Source: Polyangiaceae bacterium
GTDB lineage: Bacteria; Myxococcota_A; Polyangia; Polyangiales; Polyangiaceae
DNA: 64,000 bases
Direction: 5' to 3'
Assembly: GCA_035063585.1 (NCBI GenBank)
Contig: JAPSGB010000008.1
Coordinates: 96,001-160,000, forward strand
In this document: positions 9,972 to 19,869 of the stretch, piece after piece
How positions within the stretch are numbered: position 1 is the first letter of the stretch
Layout of the letters: each line of letters starts with the position of its first letter
Program-made: the position numbers and the translations under genes
The notes under the pieces: model-generated
Database searches by the model: none
Seen by the model: the letters and a program-made list of their open reading frames with translations, nothing else
Told to the model about the DNA's origin: nothing

Positions 9972-10547
9972 GTGACCCATTCGTACTCTTTGCGACGGCT
10001 CGCCTGGTCGGTGACGTGGCTCGTCGCCGGTCTCGCCGCTGCTTCGTGCGCGGAGACCAGCAACAAGGGGCTCGGCTCCGGCGGCACCGGTGCGACGGGC
10101 GCCGGCGGCACCGGCGGCGGGCTCGGCGGCACTGGCGGCGGGCTCGGCGGCACCGGCGGCGGGCTCGGTGGCACCGGCGGCACCGGCGGCGGGCTCGGTG
10201 GCACCGGCGGCGGCTTCGGTGGCAGCGGCGGCGGCCTGTCGTGCGACCCGAACTTCTGCCCGACCAGCGGGCTCGGTCAGGCGTGCTGCACCGCGAGCAA
10301 TACCTGCGGCATCGACACCGGAACGGGATGCGTCGTGAACGCGGGTGACGGTGGCGGACTCGGCGGCGCGGCGGGCTCCGGAGGGAGCAGCGGGGGCGAT
10401 GGCGGAGGCGATGCCGCCACCGACGCTACGTCGGACGCCACCTCGGATGCGGCCCCGGACGCCACCTCGGATGCGGCTTCGGACGCCACTTCGGATGCGG
10501 CCTCGGACGCCACGCCGGACGTGTCGCTCGACGCGCCGGTCGACTGA
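9972..10547 (+). CDS. Gly-rich/Cys-motif lipoprotein with D-A-x-x repeat tail
   Basis: AGGAGG RBS at 9961; lipobox AASC; GGTGGGL repeats; six-Cys mini-domain; DATS/DAAS repeats. Confidence 0.75.
   Translation: MTHSYSLRRLAWSVTWLVAGLAAASCAETSNKGLGSGGTGATGAGGTGGGLGGTGGGLGGTGGGLGGTGGTGGGLGGTGGGFGGSGGGLSCDPNFCPTSGLGQACCTASNTCGIDTGTGCVVNAGDGGGLGGAAGSGGSSGGDGGGDAATDATSDATSDAAPDATSDAASDATSDAASDATPDVSLDAPVD
10104..10238 (+). repeat. Coding ~21-bp tandem repeat (GGTGGGL)n
   Basis: ggcggcaccggcggcgggctc units with variants. Confidence 0.85.
10410..10541 (+). repeat. Coding 12-bp tandem repeat (D-A-T/A-S)n, about 11 units
   Basis: gacgccacctcg / gatgcggcctcg-type units. Confidence 0.85.
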
Positions 10548-10557
10548 CGCCGTCACC

Positions 10558-11631
10558 GTGGGCGCTCCCCTCGACGAGCCGCGGAGCGTTCGCGCGGGCG
10601 AAGAGCTCGGGCTCGCCTCGCTCACCGCGTACCTGCGCTCGGCGTTGCCGGAGCTAGCCCGGGCGAGCGCGCTCACCGTCGACCAATTCCCGAGCGGGCA
10701 CTCGAACCTCACCTACCTCGTCCGCGCCGGTGAGCGCGAGTATGTGCTCCGCCGTCCGCCGTTCGGCAGCAAGGTGAAGTCCGCGCACGACATGGGGCGC
10801 GAGTATCGGATCCTGTCGAAGCTCCACGCAAAGTACCCGCTCGCGCCCGAGCCGCTCGTGTACTGCGAGGACGAGGGCGTCCTCGGCGCGCCGTTCTACC
10901 TCATGCGGCGCATCCGCGGGCTCATCCTGCGGAGGGACCTCCCCCCCGGCGTGTCGTGCTCGCCGACCGAAGTCCGCCGACTGCACGAGGCGCTCGTCGA
11001 CAACCTCGCGCGGTTGCACGCGCTCGACTACGAGCGCGCCGGACTGGGCGAGCTCGGGCGCCCCTCCGGCTACGTCGCGCGCCAGGTCGCCGGCTGGACG
11101 GCGCGCTATGCGGCCTCCCAGACGGACCAGATCGCAGCGCTCGACGAGGTGGCGGCTCGGCTCGCTCGCGAGCTGCCCGCCGAGGGCCGCCCGGCGCTCA
11201 TCCACAACGACTACAAGCTCGACAACCTGGTACTCGACGCGGACGATCCGACCCGCATCGTCGGGGTCCTCGACTGGGAGATGAGCACGCTCGGCGAGCC
11301 GCTCATGGACCTCGGCACGAGCCTCTCTTACTGGGTCGAGCGTGACGATGGCGAGGCACTCCAGCGCCTCCGCTCGGGGCCGACCAGCCTGCCCGGTAGT
11401 CTGACGCGAGGCGAGCTTGCCGCGCGCTACGCCGACCAATCGGGCCGGGAGCTTTCCGCCGTCGTGTGGTTCTATGGTTTCGGGCTCTTCAAGACAGCCG
11501 TCGTGCTCCAGCAGATCTACTACCGCTTCGTGCAGGGCCTGACTCGCGACCCGCGCTTCGCGTCGCTCGGTGAGGGCGTGCGCGCGCTCGCCGGGCGCGC
11601 GCGTGAGGCGCTCGAGCAGGGCGCGCTCTGA
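10558..11631 (+). CDS. APH/ACAD10-11-like phosphotransferase family protein
   Basis: [29 protein letters not shown]; start re-picked at GTG 10558. Confidence 0.9.
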   Translation: MGAPLDEPRSVRAGEELGLASLTAYLRSALPELARASALTVDQFPSGHSNLTYLVRAGEREYVLRRPPFGSKVKSAHDMGREYRILSKLHAKYPLAPEPLVYCEDEGVLGAPFYLMRRIRGLILRRDLPPGVSCSPTEVRRLHEALVDNLARLHALDYERAGLGELGRPSGYVARQVAGWTARYAASQTDQIAALDEVAARLARELPAEGRPALIHNDYKLDNLVLDADDPTRIVGVLDWEMSTLGEPLMDLGTSLSYWVERDDGEALQRLRSGPTSLPGSLTRGELAARYADQSGRELSAVVWFYGFGLFKTAVVLQQIYYRFVQGLTRDPRFASLGEGVRALAGRAREALEQGAL

Positions 11632-11816
11632 GGCGGGGCGTCGCTCCGCGAGCGGCGCGCTCGCGTGCCGGCGGCGGCGCCCCGGCGCGCGTGCGGAGCA
11701 GCATCATATGAGTGGTAATAGGGGAGTAAATGAGGTGTTCCGTAGTTCGCTGAGAGCCGGCGCTCCCGATTCCGGGTGGGCTGCCTGGCCTCGTGATGAT
11801 ATCGTCGTGGGCCATC

Positions 11817-13091
11817 ATGACGGACGAATCCGCGACTCCTGAGGGCAGCGTTCGTCCAGCTCCCAAGCTCGAGCCGGGGGAGGTGGTGGCCGGGAACTAC
11901 CGGATCCGCGAGCTCATCGGAGAGGGCGGCATGGGCTCTATCTTCGATGCGACCGACGAGCTCCTCCAGCGGCGGGTGGCGCTGAAGCTGCCGTTCACCG
12001 AGGAGGGGAGCGTGGCGCTGATGCTGGAGGCGCGCGCGCTCGCCGCGCTGGCGCACCCGCACCTGCCGATGATCTTCGGCGCGGGCGTCACCGGCGGGCT
12101 GAACTACGTGGTGATGGAGCGCTTGCGGGGCGAGTCGCTCGAACGCCACCTCGAGGCGCGCCGCGCGCGTCATGAGCCCTTCAGCGTGCTCGGCGTGGTT
12201 CGTCTGCTCGGGACCATCGCCGACGTGCTCCACGCCATCCACGAGGCTGGCATTCTTCACCGCGACGTCAAGCCGGCCAACGTGATGCTGGTGCCCGGCC
12301 GCGGGCCCGTGCTCATCGACTTCGGCCTGGTGGTGCCGCGAGCCACCGCCCACGGCGATCGAACGGTGAGCGGCTCGCCACACTACATGGCGCCCGAGGT
12401 GATCACGGGCGCCGTGAGCCGTGGAAACGGCCGCCAGGTGGATCTCTATTCGTTCGGAGTCATGGCCTTCGAGCTCCTCGCGGGCGTGCCTCCGTTCTCC
12501 GCCGATGAGCTGCACGCGCTCTTGCGCATGCACGTCGAGGCCCCGGTGCCCGACGTCCGGCTGCTCCGCCCCGACGCGCCCGCGGCGCTCGCGACGCTGA
12601 TCTCGGAGCTGATGCGGAAAGAGCCGGGCCAGCGTCCCGAGTCCGCGGAGGAGGTCCGCTGGGAGCTCGGCCGTATCGACCATCAACTCGCGGCGAGGGA
12701 GGTCGGCGTGGAGCCGCAGGTGGTCGTGGTGACCGCGCTCGAGCCGCTCGCGCGGGGCCTCGCCGATGACGTCAAGGGGTGGGTTCGCGGCGCGGACGTG
12801 AAGCTCTTCACCGAAGCGCCCGCGGCGCTCGCGCATCTCGAGGCCCGCCGGCCTCGGCTCGTGCTGCTCGACACCAAGCTCCAGGGGGTGAGCGCCGCGG
12901 AGCTCTTGATGCAGCTCGAGAGCTTCCCGAACCCGCCGCCCGTGGTGGCGCTCGCGCTCGATCTCAAGCCGGAGGACGCCCGGGTGCTCGGTAAGCTCGG
13001 GGTGGTTTGCTGTCTACCCATCGGCAAGCAGCTCGCCGCGCTGCTCGAGCCGAAGGTGCGGGGCGCGTTCGCGACCGCCGAGCCTGCGTGA
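11817..13091 (+). CDS. Hanks-type Ser/Thr kinase fused to a C-terminal receiver-like domain
   Basis: GEGGMG, VALK, HRDVKPAN, DFG, YMAPE; C-terminal RPRLVLLD..G..A.EL receiver pattern. Confidence 0.9.
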   Translation: MTDESATPEGSVRPAPKLEPGEVVAGNYRIRELIGEGGMGSIFDATDELLQRRVALKLPFTEEGSVALMLEARALAALAHPHLPMIFGAGVTGGLNYVVMERLRGESLERHLEARRARHEPFSVLGVVRLLGTIADVLHAIHEAGILHRDVKPANVMLVPGRGPVLIDFGLVVPRATAHGDRTVSGSPHYMAPEVITGAVSRGNGRQVDLYSFGVMAFELLAGVPPFSADELHALLRMHVEAPVPDVRLLRPDAPAALATLISELMRKEPGQRPESAEEVRWELGRIDHQLAAREVGVEPQVVVVTALEPLARGLADDVKGWVRGADVKLFTEAPAALAHLEARRPRLVLLDTKLQGVSAAELLMQLESFPNPPPVVALALDLKPEDARVLGKLGVVCCLPIGKQLAALLEPKVRGAFATAEPA

Positions 13092-13201
13092 GCGCGAGCC
13101 GCGCCGCCGGCCGCGCCGAATCGGCAAGGGTCACTCGAGCTCGCGCACAGGGAGGGTTGTCGGATCGGCGCGAGTCCGGGCCTGCTAGTTTTCCCGGCGT
13201 C

Positions 13202-14257
13202 ATGCCGACGGACCCCGGAGCCGCGCCGGGCGGAGCGCGAGGCGCGCCGCCGAAGGCGCTCGCGGAGCCCGAGCCCGGGCGGCTCGCCGCCGCGACCGCG
13301 CTGGCTCGTCGAACGCCGCCCCGAGCGCGGTGGCGGAACGTTCGCGCCGGCACCGCGGGCTGGACCGACCCCACGCTGACGAGCTCCGGTCTCTTCTACC
13401 CGCCATCGGCGGTGAGCGCGGCGGCGCGGCTCGGGTTCTACGCGAGCGCGTTCTCGCTCGTGGAGGTGGACGCGACCTACTACACGCTCCTCCCACCGTC
13501 GACCGCCGAGAAGTGGCTCGCGGCGTCGGCAGGCGATTTCGTCTTCGACGTGAAGGCGCACCCGGTGCTCACCGGGCACCCCATCGACGTCGGCCGCTTG
13601 CCGAGCGATCTGCGCGCCGAGCTCGAGCGCGCCGGCGCGCCACGGCGCGTGTACCCGGAGCGGCTCCCGCGCGCGCTCTCGTCGGAGATCGAGGCGCGGT
13701 TTCGCGCGCTCGTGCGCGTGCTCCACGACGCGAGGCGTCTCGGCTGCGTCATGCTCCAGCTCCCGCCGTGGGTCACCGCGACTCGGGGCGCCGCGCGGCG
13801 ACTCGAGGCGATCGCCGAGCGGTGGAGCGAGCTGCCACTCGCGGTCGAGTTCCGCCACCCGAGCTGGCTCGCCGACGAGCGACGCGAGCGCGTCTTCGAG
13901 CTGCTCGCGCGCCGGCGGCTCACTTACGTAGGCGTCGACGAGCCGGACGTGAAGGGTGGGGGAGTCCCGCCGGTCGTGCGGGTGACGCGCGAGGAGCTCG
14001 CGGTCGTGCGCTTCCACGGGCACAACGTCGCGGGCTGGCGCCCGGGCGCGAGCGTCACCGAGCGGTTCGACTATCTCTACGCGCCGCGCGAGCTCGATGC
14101 ATGGCAGGACCGAGTCCGTCGGCTCTCGGCCGAAGCACGCGAGGTGCACGTGGTCTTCAATAACTGCGTGCGTAACTACGCCGTGCTCGGTGCCCAGGGA
14201 CTCGCCGCGCTGCTCGCTGCGCCGGGCGCCGGTGGCGCTCAGCCGGAGGATCCGTAG
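13202..14257 (+). CDS. DUF72 (YecE/YunF) family protein
   Basis: GTAGW, FSLVEVDATYY, AVEFRHPSW, VRFHG, VVFNN; start uncertain. Confidence 0.9.
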   Translation: MPTDPGAAPGGARGAPPKALAEPEPGRLAAATALARRTPPRARWRNVRAGTAGWTDPTLTSSGLFYPPSAVSAAARLGFYASAFSLVEVDATYYTLLPPSTAEKWLAASAGDFVFDVKAHPVLTGHPIDVGRLPSDLRAELERAGAPRRVYPERLPRALSSEIEARFRALVRVLHDARRLGCVMLQLPPWVTATRGAARRLEAIAERWSELPLAVEFRHPSWLADERRERVFELLARRRLTYVGVDEPDVKGGGVPPVVRVTREELAVVRFHGHNVAGWRPGASVTERFDYLYAPRELDAWQDRVRRLSAEAREVHVVFNNCVRNYAVLGAQGLAALLAAPGAGGAQPEDP

Positions 14258-14679
14258 CGCGCCATGAGCTCGGCGGGGACGCGGCGCGGCTTGCCCGTCG
14301 CGAGCTCGATGAGCACCCAGGTGGTCGCTGCGCGCCCGAGCAGCGCGCCGTCCCGCTCGCGCCGGAGCAGGGTGCGCCGAAGCGAGGTCGCGCCGCGCAT
14401 CGACTCGACCCAGGTGAGCCCCACCAGCGACTCGCCCTCGAACGCCTGCCCGAGGTAGTCGAGCTCGTGTCTTCGCACCACCCAGAGCACACCGAGCTCG
14501 CGGTAGCGCTCGAGCCCGAGCCCGACCGAGCGTGAGTGCGCCGCGGCGAGCTCACCGACCCAGCGCACCCAGCTCACGTTGCCGGCGTGCCCGAGCTCGT
14601 CGATGTCCTCGGCGCGCACCGAGAAGCGGTGCGAAAACGCGTTCGCGGGAGGCTCCGGCTCGCCGACGTTCATCGCCAT
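14239..14679 (-). CDS. Acyl-CoA thioesterase (4HBT/YbgC hotdog family)
   Basis: DIDELGHAGN, WVVRRHELDY, GKPRRVP. Confidence 0.9.
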   Translation of the reverse strand: MAMNVGEPEPPANAFSHRFSVRAEDIDELGHAGNVSWVRWVGELAAAHSRSVGLGLERYRELGVLWVVRRHELDYLGQAFEGESLVGLTWVESMRGATSLRRTLLRRERDGALLGRAATTWVLIELATGKPRRVPAELMARYGSSG

Positions 14680-14826
14680 GGTTCTCGGATACTACGAGTG
14701 CGAACGCGTCGACGCAGCGATTATCTCGGATGGAAATGTGTCGCGGACGAGGCCCGCGAGCTAGCTTCTCGAGCGGATGACGAAGAGACGGGCAAGGTCG
14801 TCAGGCGGCCGGGGCGCATCCTCGTG

Positions 14827-15594
14827 ATGCCGCTCCACGCGCGCAGCGGTGAGCCGATGACGCCGGAGGTCGCGGGGCTCCGCCGGCTCCGCGCCACCGC
14901 GCGCGAGGCGCTCGCGTTCGCGCGACAGGCGACGCTCCTCCACCTCGACACGCGCGAGGTGTGCCCGACCGAGGCGACCGTGGGAGCCGACGTGGTGGTC
15001 CTGGTCCACGGGCTCTTCGCCACCGCCGGGGTGCTCCGACCGCTCCGCGGTCACCTCGAGCGCGCGACCGGCGCCTCGACCGCGTCGTTCAGCTACGCGC
15101 CGGGGCCCGGCGTCGAGACGGTCGCCGCGCGGCTCGCCCGCCTGGTCGAGCGGCTCCCGACCGGGGTGCGGGTGCACCTGGTGGGCCACAGCCTGGGCGG
15201 CCTGGTCGCGCGCTGGTTCGTGCAGGAGCTCGGCGGCGATCCGCGCGTGGTCGAGACGGTGAGCTTGGCGAGCCCCTTCGCGGGGACGCGCCACGCGCGG
15301 CTGCTGCCCGCCGGCGCGGTGCGGGACATCGTGCCGGAGAGTCGGGTCCTCCGCCGCCTCGCGGAGAAGGCGCGCGCCCCGGCGGGCGTCCCCCACCTCA
15401 GCATCGTCGCCGGGGAGGATTCGGTGGTGACCGAGCACGCTGCGCTCGGCGGCGGTGACGAGGTGGTCATCGAGGGCGCCGGTCACAACGGGCTCCTCTA
15501 CGATCCGCGCGTCGCGGCGCTGGTCGCTTCCTGGATCGCGCGCCACCGCGCGCCTCCGGACGCCGCGGTTCCGCGCCGGACCGGCCCCACCTGA
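14827..15594 (+). CDS. Alpha/beta-fold lipase/esterase
   Basis: LVHGL oxyanion motif, GHSLGG elbow, SPFAGT, D and GH catalytic residues; start 14827 or 14857. Confidence 0.85.
   Translation: MPLHARSGEPMTPEVAGLRRLRATAREALAFARQATLLHLDTREVCPTEATVGADVVVLVHGLFATAGVLRPLRGHLERATGASTASFSYAPGPGVETVAARLARLVERLPTGVRVHLVGHSLGGLVARWFVQELGGDPRVVETVSLASPFAGTRHARLLPAGAVRDIVPESRVLRRLAEKARAPAGVPHLSIVAGEDSVVTEHAALGGGDEVVIEGAGHNGLLYDPRVAALVASWIARHRAPPDAAVPRRTGPT
15564..15585 (+). repeat. REP-like element copy
   Basis: 15564-15583 cgcggttccgcgccggaccg is 20/20 identical to 29471-29490. Confidence 0.7.
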
Positions 15595-16253
15595 TGGTCT
15601 CGCGGCCGGCTCGCGAGTCCCGCTCCGGCAGGTCGGGCTGGTTTGCGCCGGGCCCCCGTGGTAGCTCGGCGCGCGTGCGCGTCGCCTCACGCTTCCGGAT
15701 TTTCCGCCGATCCCTCGCTGCGCTCGCGCTCGCCGCGACGCTCGGCTCGACGGCGAGCGCGCGCGCCGACGTGTCGTCGTGGCTCTACGTCGGCGCGGGG
15801 CCCTCGTGGGTGCGGAATAGCTCGGGCACCACGCTCCAGCCGTCGCTCCAGCTCGACACCGGGATGGGCTCGTCACCGGCCGAGCCGGTGGTGGTCGGCG
15901 GGCTCTTTCGGCTCTCGCCGCACCTCGGCCGCGGCTCGGACGTGGCGCTGCTCTTGCGCACCGCGTCGCGGGGCTTCGTCAACGGTGACTGGGGCGCCGC
16001 GCTCGATCTCGGTGGCTACGAGCGGTTCTGGGGCCAGGGTTCGGCCGGCTTCACCGGCTCGCTGGTGCTCGGCGGGCCGTGGGGCCTCACCATGAGCGGC
16101 GCCGGGAGCGTCGGCGCCCACGAGGGACGGAGCCTCGCGGTGGTCTTCGGGATCGATCTCGCGCGGCTCACCGTGTACCGCCGCACCGGCGGCGAGTGGT
16201 GGCCGAACCCGATTCAGCCCGGTCGGCCGAGCGCGGGTGGCGAGCGCCTCTGA
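15594..16253 (+). CDS. Exported protein, probable small outer-membrane beta-barrel
   Basis: Signal peptide ending ASARA|D; Gly/aromatic amphipathic strands; start uncertain. Confidence 0.6.
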   Translation: MVSRPARESRSGRSGWFAPGPRGSSARVRVASRFRIFRRSLAALALAATLGSTASARADVSSWLYVGAGPSWVRNSSGTTLQPSLQLDTGMGSSPAEPVVVGGLFRLSPHLGRGSDVALLLRTASRGFVNGDWGAALDLGGYERFWGQGSAGFTGSLVLGGPWGLTMSGAGSVGAHEGRSLAVVFGIDLARLTVYRRTGGEWWPNPIQPGRPSAGGERL

Positions 16254-16259
16254 GGGCGG

Positions 16260-17615
16260 TCAGAGCTTGGCGAGCGCGTCCACCAGCCGATCGAGATCGG
16301 CGCGGCGGTGCGTCTCGGTGACCGCGATGAGGAGGCGATCCTTCCATGCGGGCTCGACTCGCCCGAGATCGAGCCCGGCGATGATGCCTTGCTGCTCGAG
16401 CGCCTGGCAGACGCGCGCGGCGCTCCCGCCGCGGACGCGCACCGCGAACTCGTTGAAGAACGGCGCGGGCTCGAAGCCGCCCGAGTAGCCGTCGAGGTCG
16501 AGGATTCGGCCGCGGAGATACACCGCCTTGGCGAGACACTGCCGCGCGACCTCGACGAAGCCCCCTCGGCCGAGCATGCTCGCGCGGATGGCGAGCGCGG
16601 TCGCGATGAGCCCCTGGTTCGTGCAGATGTTGCTGGTGGCTCGCTCGCGCCGGATGTGCTGCTCGCGCGTCGAGAGCGTGAGCACGTACCCGCGTCGACC
16701 CTTGGTGTCGACCGTCTCGCCGCAGACCCGGCCGGGGAGCTGCTGGAGGTAGCTGCGCTCGTCGCGGCAGGCGAACAGCCCGACGCCCGGACCGCCGAAG
16801 TTCGGCGAGCAGGCGAGCGGCTGGCCCTCGCCGACCGCGATGTCCGCACCGAGCGCGCCGGGCGGCTCCACGACGGCGAGCGCGTAGGGCTCGCTGTTGG
16901 TCGCCACGAGGAGCGCGCCGCGGGCGTGCGCGAGCTCCGCGAGCGGTGAGAGCTCGGGCACGGGGCCAAGGAAGCTCGGGTAGCCGACGATGACCGCGGC
17001 GGTGTCGTCATCGAGCGCGGCGGCGATCACGGCCGCGTCGGCGCGCCCGTCGGTGCCGATCGGCACCGTGACGATGAGGGCGTCCGCGCGGCTGGCGAAA
17101 TAGGTGCGGATGGTCGCGCGGTAGTCCGGATGCACGCAGCCGCTCACCACGATCTTCTCACGGCGGGTGAGCCTTCGCGCCATGAGCGCGGCCTCGGCGG
17201 CAGCGCTCGCTCCGTCGTACACGCTCGCGTTGGCGAGCGGCAGCCCGTAGAGCTCGCTCACGATGGTCTGGAACTCCCAGATGATCTGGAGCGTGCCCTG
17301 CGCGACCTCCGGCTGATACGGCGTGTACGCGGTGTAGAGCTCGCTCCGGAGCAGGAGCTGATCCACCGCGGGTGGGATGTGGTGCGCGTACATGCCTCCG
17401 CCCAGGAACGACAGCATCCCGACCGCGGTGTCTCGCGCCGCCAACTCGCGCAGGTGCGTCATGAGCGCCGCCTCGTCGAGTGCCGGAGGGACCTCGAGCT
17501 TGCCCGAGAAGCGCGCCGCCTCGGGGATCGTCTCGAACAGCTCGTCGAGCGACGAGCGCCCGACGTAGCGGAGCATCTCGTCGATCTCTTCGGGCGTGTG
17601 GGGCAGGTAGCGCAT
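16260..17615 (-). CDS. gcvPA: Glycine dehydrogenase subunit 1 (P-protein alpha)
   Basis: MRYLPHT, YTAYTPYQPEVAQG, TREQHIRRERATSNICTNQ. Confidence 0.97.
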   Translation of the reverse strand: MRYLPHTPEEIDEMLRYVGRSSLDELFETIPEAARFSGKLEVPPALDEAALMTHLRELAARDTAVGMLSFLGGGMYAHHIPPAVDQLLLRSELYTAYTPYQPEVAQGTLQIIWEFQTIVSELYGLPLANASVYDGASAAAEAALMARRLTRREKIVVSGCVHPDYRATIRTYFASRADALIVTVPIGTDGRADAAVIAAALDDDTAAVIVGYPSFLGPVPELSPLAELAHARGALLVATNSEPYALAVVEPPGALGADIAVGEGQPLACSPNFGGPGVGLFACRDERSYLQQLPGRVCGETVDTKGRRGYVLTLSTREQHIRRERATSNICTNQGLIATALAIRASMLGRGGFVEVARQCLAKAVYLRGRILDLDGYSGGFEPAPFFNEFAVRVRGGSAARVCQALEQQGIIAGLDLGRVEPAWKDRLLIAVTETHRRADLDRLVDALAKL

Positions 17616-17620
17616 CCGGT

Positions 17621-18013
17621 CTAGGACTCCTTGATGAGCTGGTCGTAGGCGGCCGCGTCGAGGAGCTCACCGAGCCCACCCGAGACCTCGATCGCGATCA
17701 TCCAGCCCTTGCCCCAGCAGTCGTCGTTCACGAGCTCGGGCTTGTCGTCGAGCTCTCGATTGACCCGGGTGACCTTCCCGCTCACCGGCGCGAAGAGATC
17801 GCTCAGCGTCTTCACGCTCTCGATGGTGCCGAACGTCTTGTTCGCCTCGACGGTGTCGCCGGGCTTCACGTCCAGGCTGACCAGGGTGATGTCGCCGAGT
17901 TGATCGACGGCGTGCGCCGTCACGCCCACGACCAGCTCAGCGCCCTCCTCTTTCGCCCACTCGTGATCTTTCGTGTACTTGCGATCGGTCTTGATCTCGG
18001 TGCTCGCGCTCAT
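17621..18013 (-). CDS. gcvH: Glycine cleavage H protein
   Basis: YTKDHEW, lipoyl motif IESVKTLSDLFAPVSG. Confidence 0.97.
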   Translation of the reverse strand: MSASTEIKTDRKYTKDHEWAKEEGAELVVGVTAHAVDQLGDITLVSLDVKPGDTVEANKTFGTIESVKTLSDLFAPVSGKVTRVNRELDDKPELVNDDCWGKGWMIAIEVSGGLGELLDAAAYDQLIKES

Positions 18014-18037
18014 GTCGAATCTCTCTCCTCTTCGGGT

Positions 18038-19153
18038 TCAGGCGTCCTTCGGTCGCTTGTAGAACGGCGTCTTCACCACGACGGCGTCGATGGCCTTGCC
18101 GCGGCAGTCGACCCGGAAGGCCGCGCCGACCTCGCTCATGCTCACCGGCAGGTATCCGAGCCCGATGTTCTTGTCCAGCGTCGGCGCGGGGCCGCCCGAC
18201 GTGCAGACACCGATCGGCTCGCCGGCGCCGTCGAGGAGCGGGTAGCCGTGCCGAGCGACGCCGCGTCCGGTCATCTCGAAGCCGACCAGCTTGCGCGCCA
18301 GGCCCCGCGCCTTGACGCGGAGCAAGGCGTCTCTCCCGAGAAAGTCGCCCTTGTCGAACTTCACCGTCCAGCCGAGGCCGGCCTCGAGCGGGTTGGTCGT
18401 CTCGTCGATGTCATTGCCGTAGAGCGAGAGGCGCGCCTCGAGCCGGAGCGTGTCGCGCGCGCCGAGCCCGGCCGGCTCGAGCCCGTCCTCCTTGCCGGCC
18501 TCGAGCAGCGCCCGCCAGAGCGCCGGGGCGTCGGCGCTCCCGCAGAAGATCTCGACGCCGTCCTCGCCGGTGTACCCGGTGCGCGCGACGGTGCTCGCGA
18601 CGCCGGCCACGGTCGTCTCGCGGAAGTGAAAGGGCGAGAGCGACTCCCTCACGTTCGTGAGGGCCTGGTCCGCCCGGGCGAGGATCCCGAGCGCGCGCGG
18701 CCCCTGGAGCGCGATGAGCGCGGTCGAATCGCTCACATCCGCGAAATCGCAGCGCCCGCGCGCCGCGGCGGCGAAGTGCGCGCTCATCTTGGCCCGGTTC
18801 GAGGCGTTACACACGACCAGGAGCCGATCCGGGGCGCGCCGGTAGACGATGAGATCGTCGAGGATCGTGCCATTTTCACCGCACGCGCAGGTGTAGAGCG
18901 CCTGTCCGGGCACGGTGCGCGCGAGCGCGTTGGTCACCAGCGAGTCGACCACCGAGGCGGCGTGCTCGCCGTCGAGCTCGAGCTCGCCCATGTGCGACAC
19001 GTCGAAGAGCCCGGCGCGCTGACGGACGGCGCGGTGCTCGGCGGCGATGCCGGCATACTGCACCGGCATTTCCCAGCCCGCGAACGGAACCAGCCGTCCG
19101 CCGAGTCGCCGGTGTTCTTCGTAGAGGGGGGTGCGTGCGAGCTCGTCGGTCAC
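18038..19153 (-). CDS. gcvT: Glycine cleavage aminomethyltransferase T
   Basis: [43 protein letters not shown]; start re-picked at GTG 19153. Confidence 0.97.
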   Translation of the reverse strand: MTDELARTPLYEEHRRLGGRLVPFAGWEMPVQYAGIAAEHRAVRQRAGLFDVSHMGELELDGEHAASVVDSLVTNALARTVPGQALYTCACGENGTILDDLIVYRRAPDRLLVVCNASNRAKMSAHFAAAARGRCDFADVSDSTALIALQGPRALGILARADQALTNVRESLSPFHFRETTVAGVASTVARTGYTGEDGVEIFCGSADAPALWRALLEAGKEDGLEPAGLGARDTLRLEARLSLYGNDIDETTNPLEAGLGWTVKFDKGDFLGRDALLRVKARGLARKLVGFEMTGRGVARHGYPLLDGAGEPIGVCTSGGPAPTLDKNIGLGYLPVSMSEVGAAFRVDCRGKAIDAVVVKTPFYKRPKDA

Positions 19154-19234
19154 GCGGACGCCGTAGCCCGGACCCGCGCAGGCGACAATGCCATCGCGAG
19201 CGCCCGGCCGCGCTGCGCGCTCCTCTGGTGATGA

Positions 19235-19266
19235 AGGCGCCGGTCGGCTCGGCGCGGCCGGCGCCT
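19235..19266 (-). terminator. Stem-loop downstream of the pilY1 cassette containing a REP-like core
   Basis: Perfect 9-bp stem aggcgccgg/ccggcgcct; minus-strand ccgcgccgagccgac; no clear U-tract. Confidence 0.45.
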
Positions 19267-19317
19267 CGTTGCGCCGCGCGGCGCACCGGAAGGCCCGCGC
19301 GCCGCCCCGACATCCCC

Positions 19318-19869
19318 TCACTCGAGGGAGCGGGGATCCAGGATCTTGCCGTCCGGCGAGAGGCCGGCGCGCTTCCAGCGCTCGTCCTGGCTGAGCCCCT
19401 CGACCATCGGCGGCGCGGTAATGTCGCGGATGAGCAGCACCGTGCGGCCGCCCGACATGGCGATGACCTCGATGCGATAGGTGTGGCGAGTCGCGTCGCC
19501 GTCGATGCTGACCGCCGGGAAGACCGTGCGCGCGGCGCCGATCTCGACGTGGCGGGTCTTCACGCGGGTTCGCACGTAGTTCGCGACGGCCTCGGGCGAG
19601 ACGTTACCCCCGATGTGGGCGGCGTCCGGGTAGAGATGCTCGAGCTTCATCTCGCGCGGGACCGGGAACCCGAAGACCACGGCCTTCCCCGGCGCGAGCT
19701 CGCCCGGCGTGAGGCGGTCGACCGGCGCCGCCGCGCTCGTGGCCGAGGTGTCGGGCGCGGTCGCGCGGCTCGGCTCTTGGCTCGGCGCGCGGCAGCCGAA
19801 GGTCGCGAGCGCGCCGGCGACGCCGAGCGCCGACAGCGACGCGACCTGGTGCGGACGTGCGCGGGTCAC
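19318..19869 (-). CDS. Hypothetical lipoprotein coupled to pilY1
   Basis: Lipobox-like TFGC; start GTG overlaps the pilY1 stop (GTGA). Confidence 0.7.
   Translation of the reverse strand: MTRARPHQVASLSALGVAGALATFGCRAPSQEPSRATAPDTSATSAAAPVDRLTPGELAPGKAVVFGFPVPREMKLEHLYPDAAHIGGNVSPEAVANYVRTRVKTRHVEIGAARTVFPAVSIDGDATRHTYRIEVIAMSGGRTVLLIRDITAPPMVEGLSQDERWKRAGLSPDGKILDPRSLE

Noticed and set aside
19154..19317. Possible glycine riboswitch upstream of gcvT
   Set aside because: The conserved GGAGA..CCGAAG..CTCAGG aptamer elements are not present on the minus strand; only a GC hairpin
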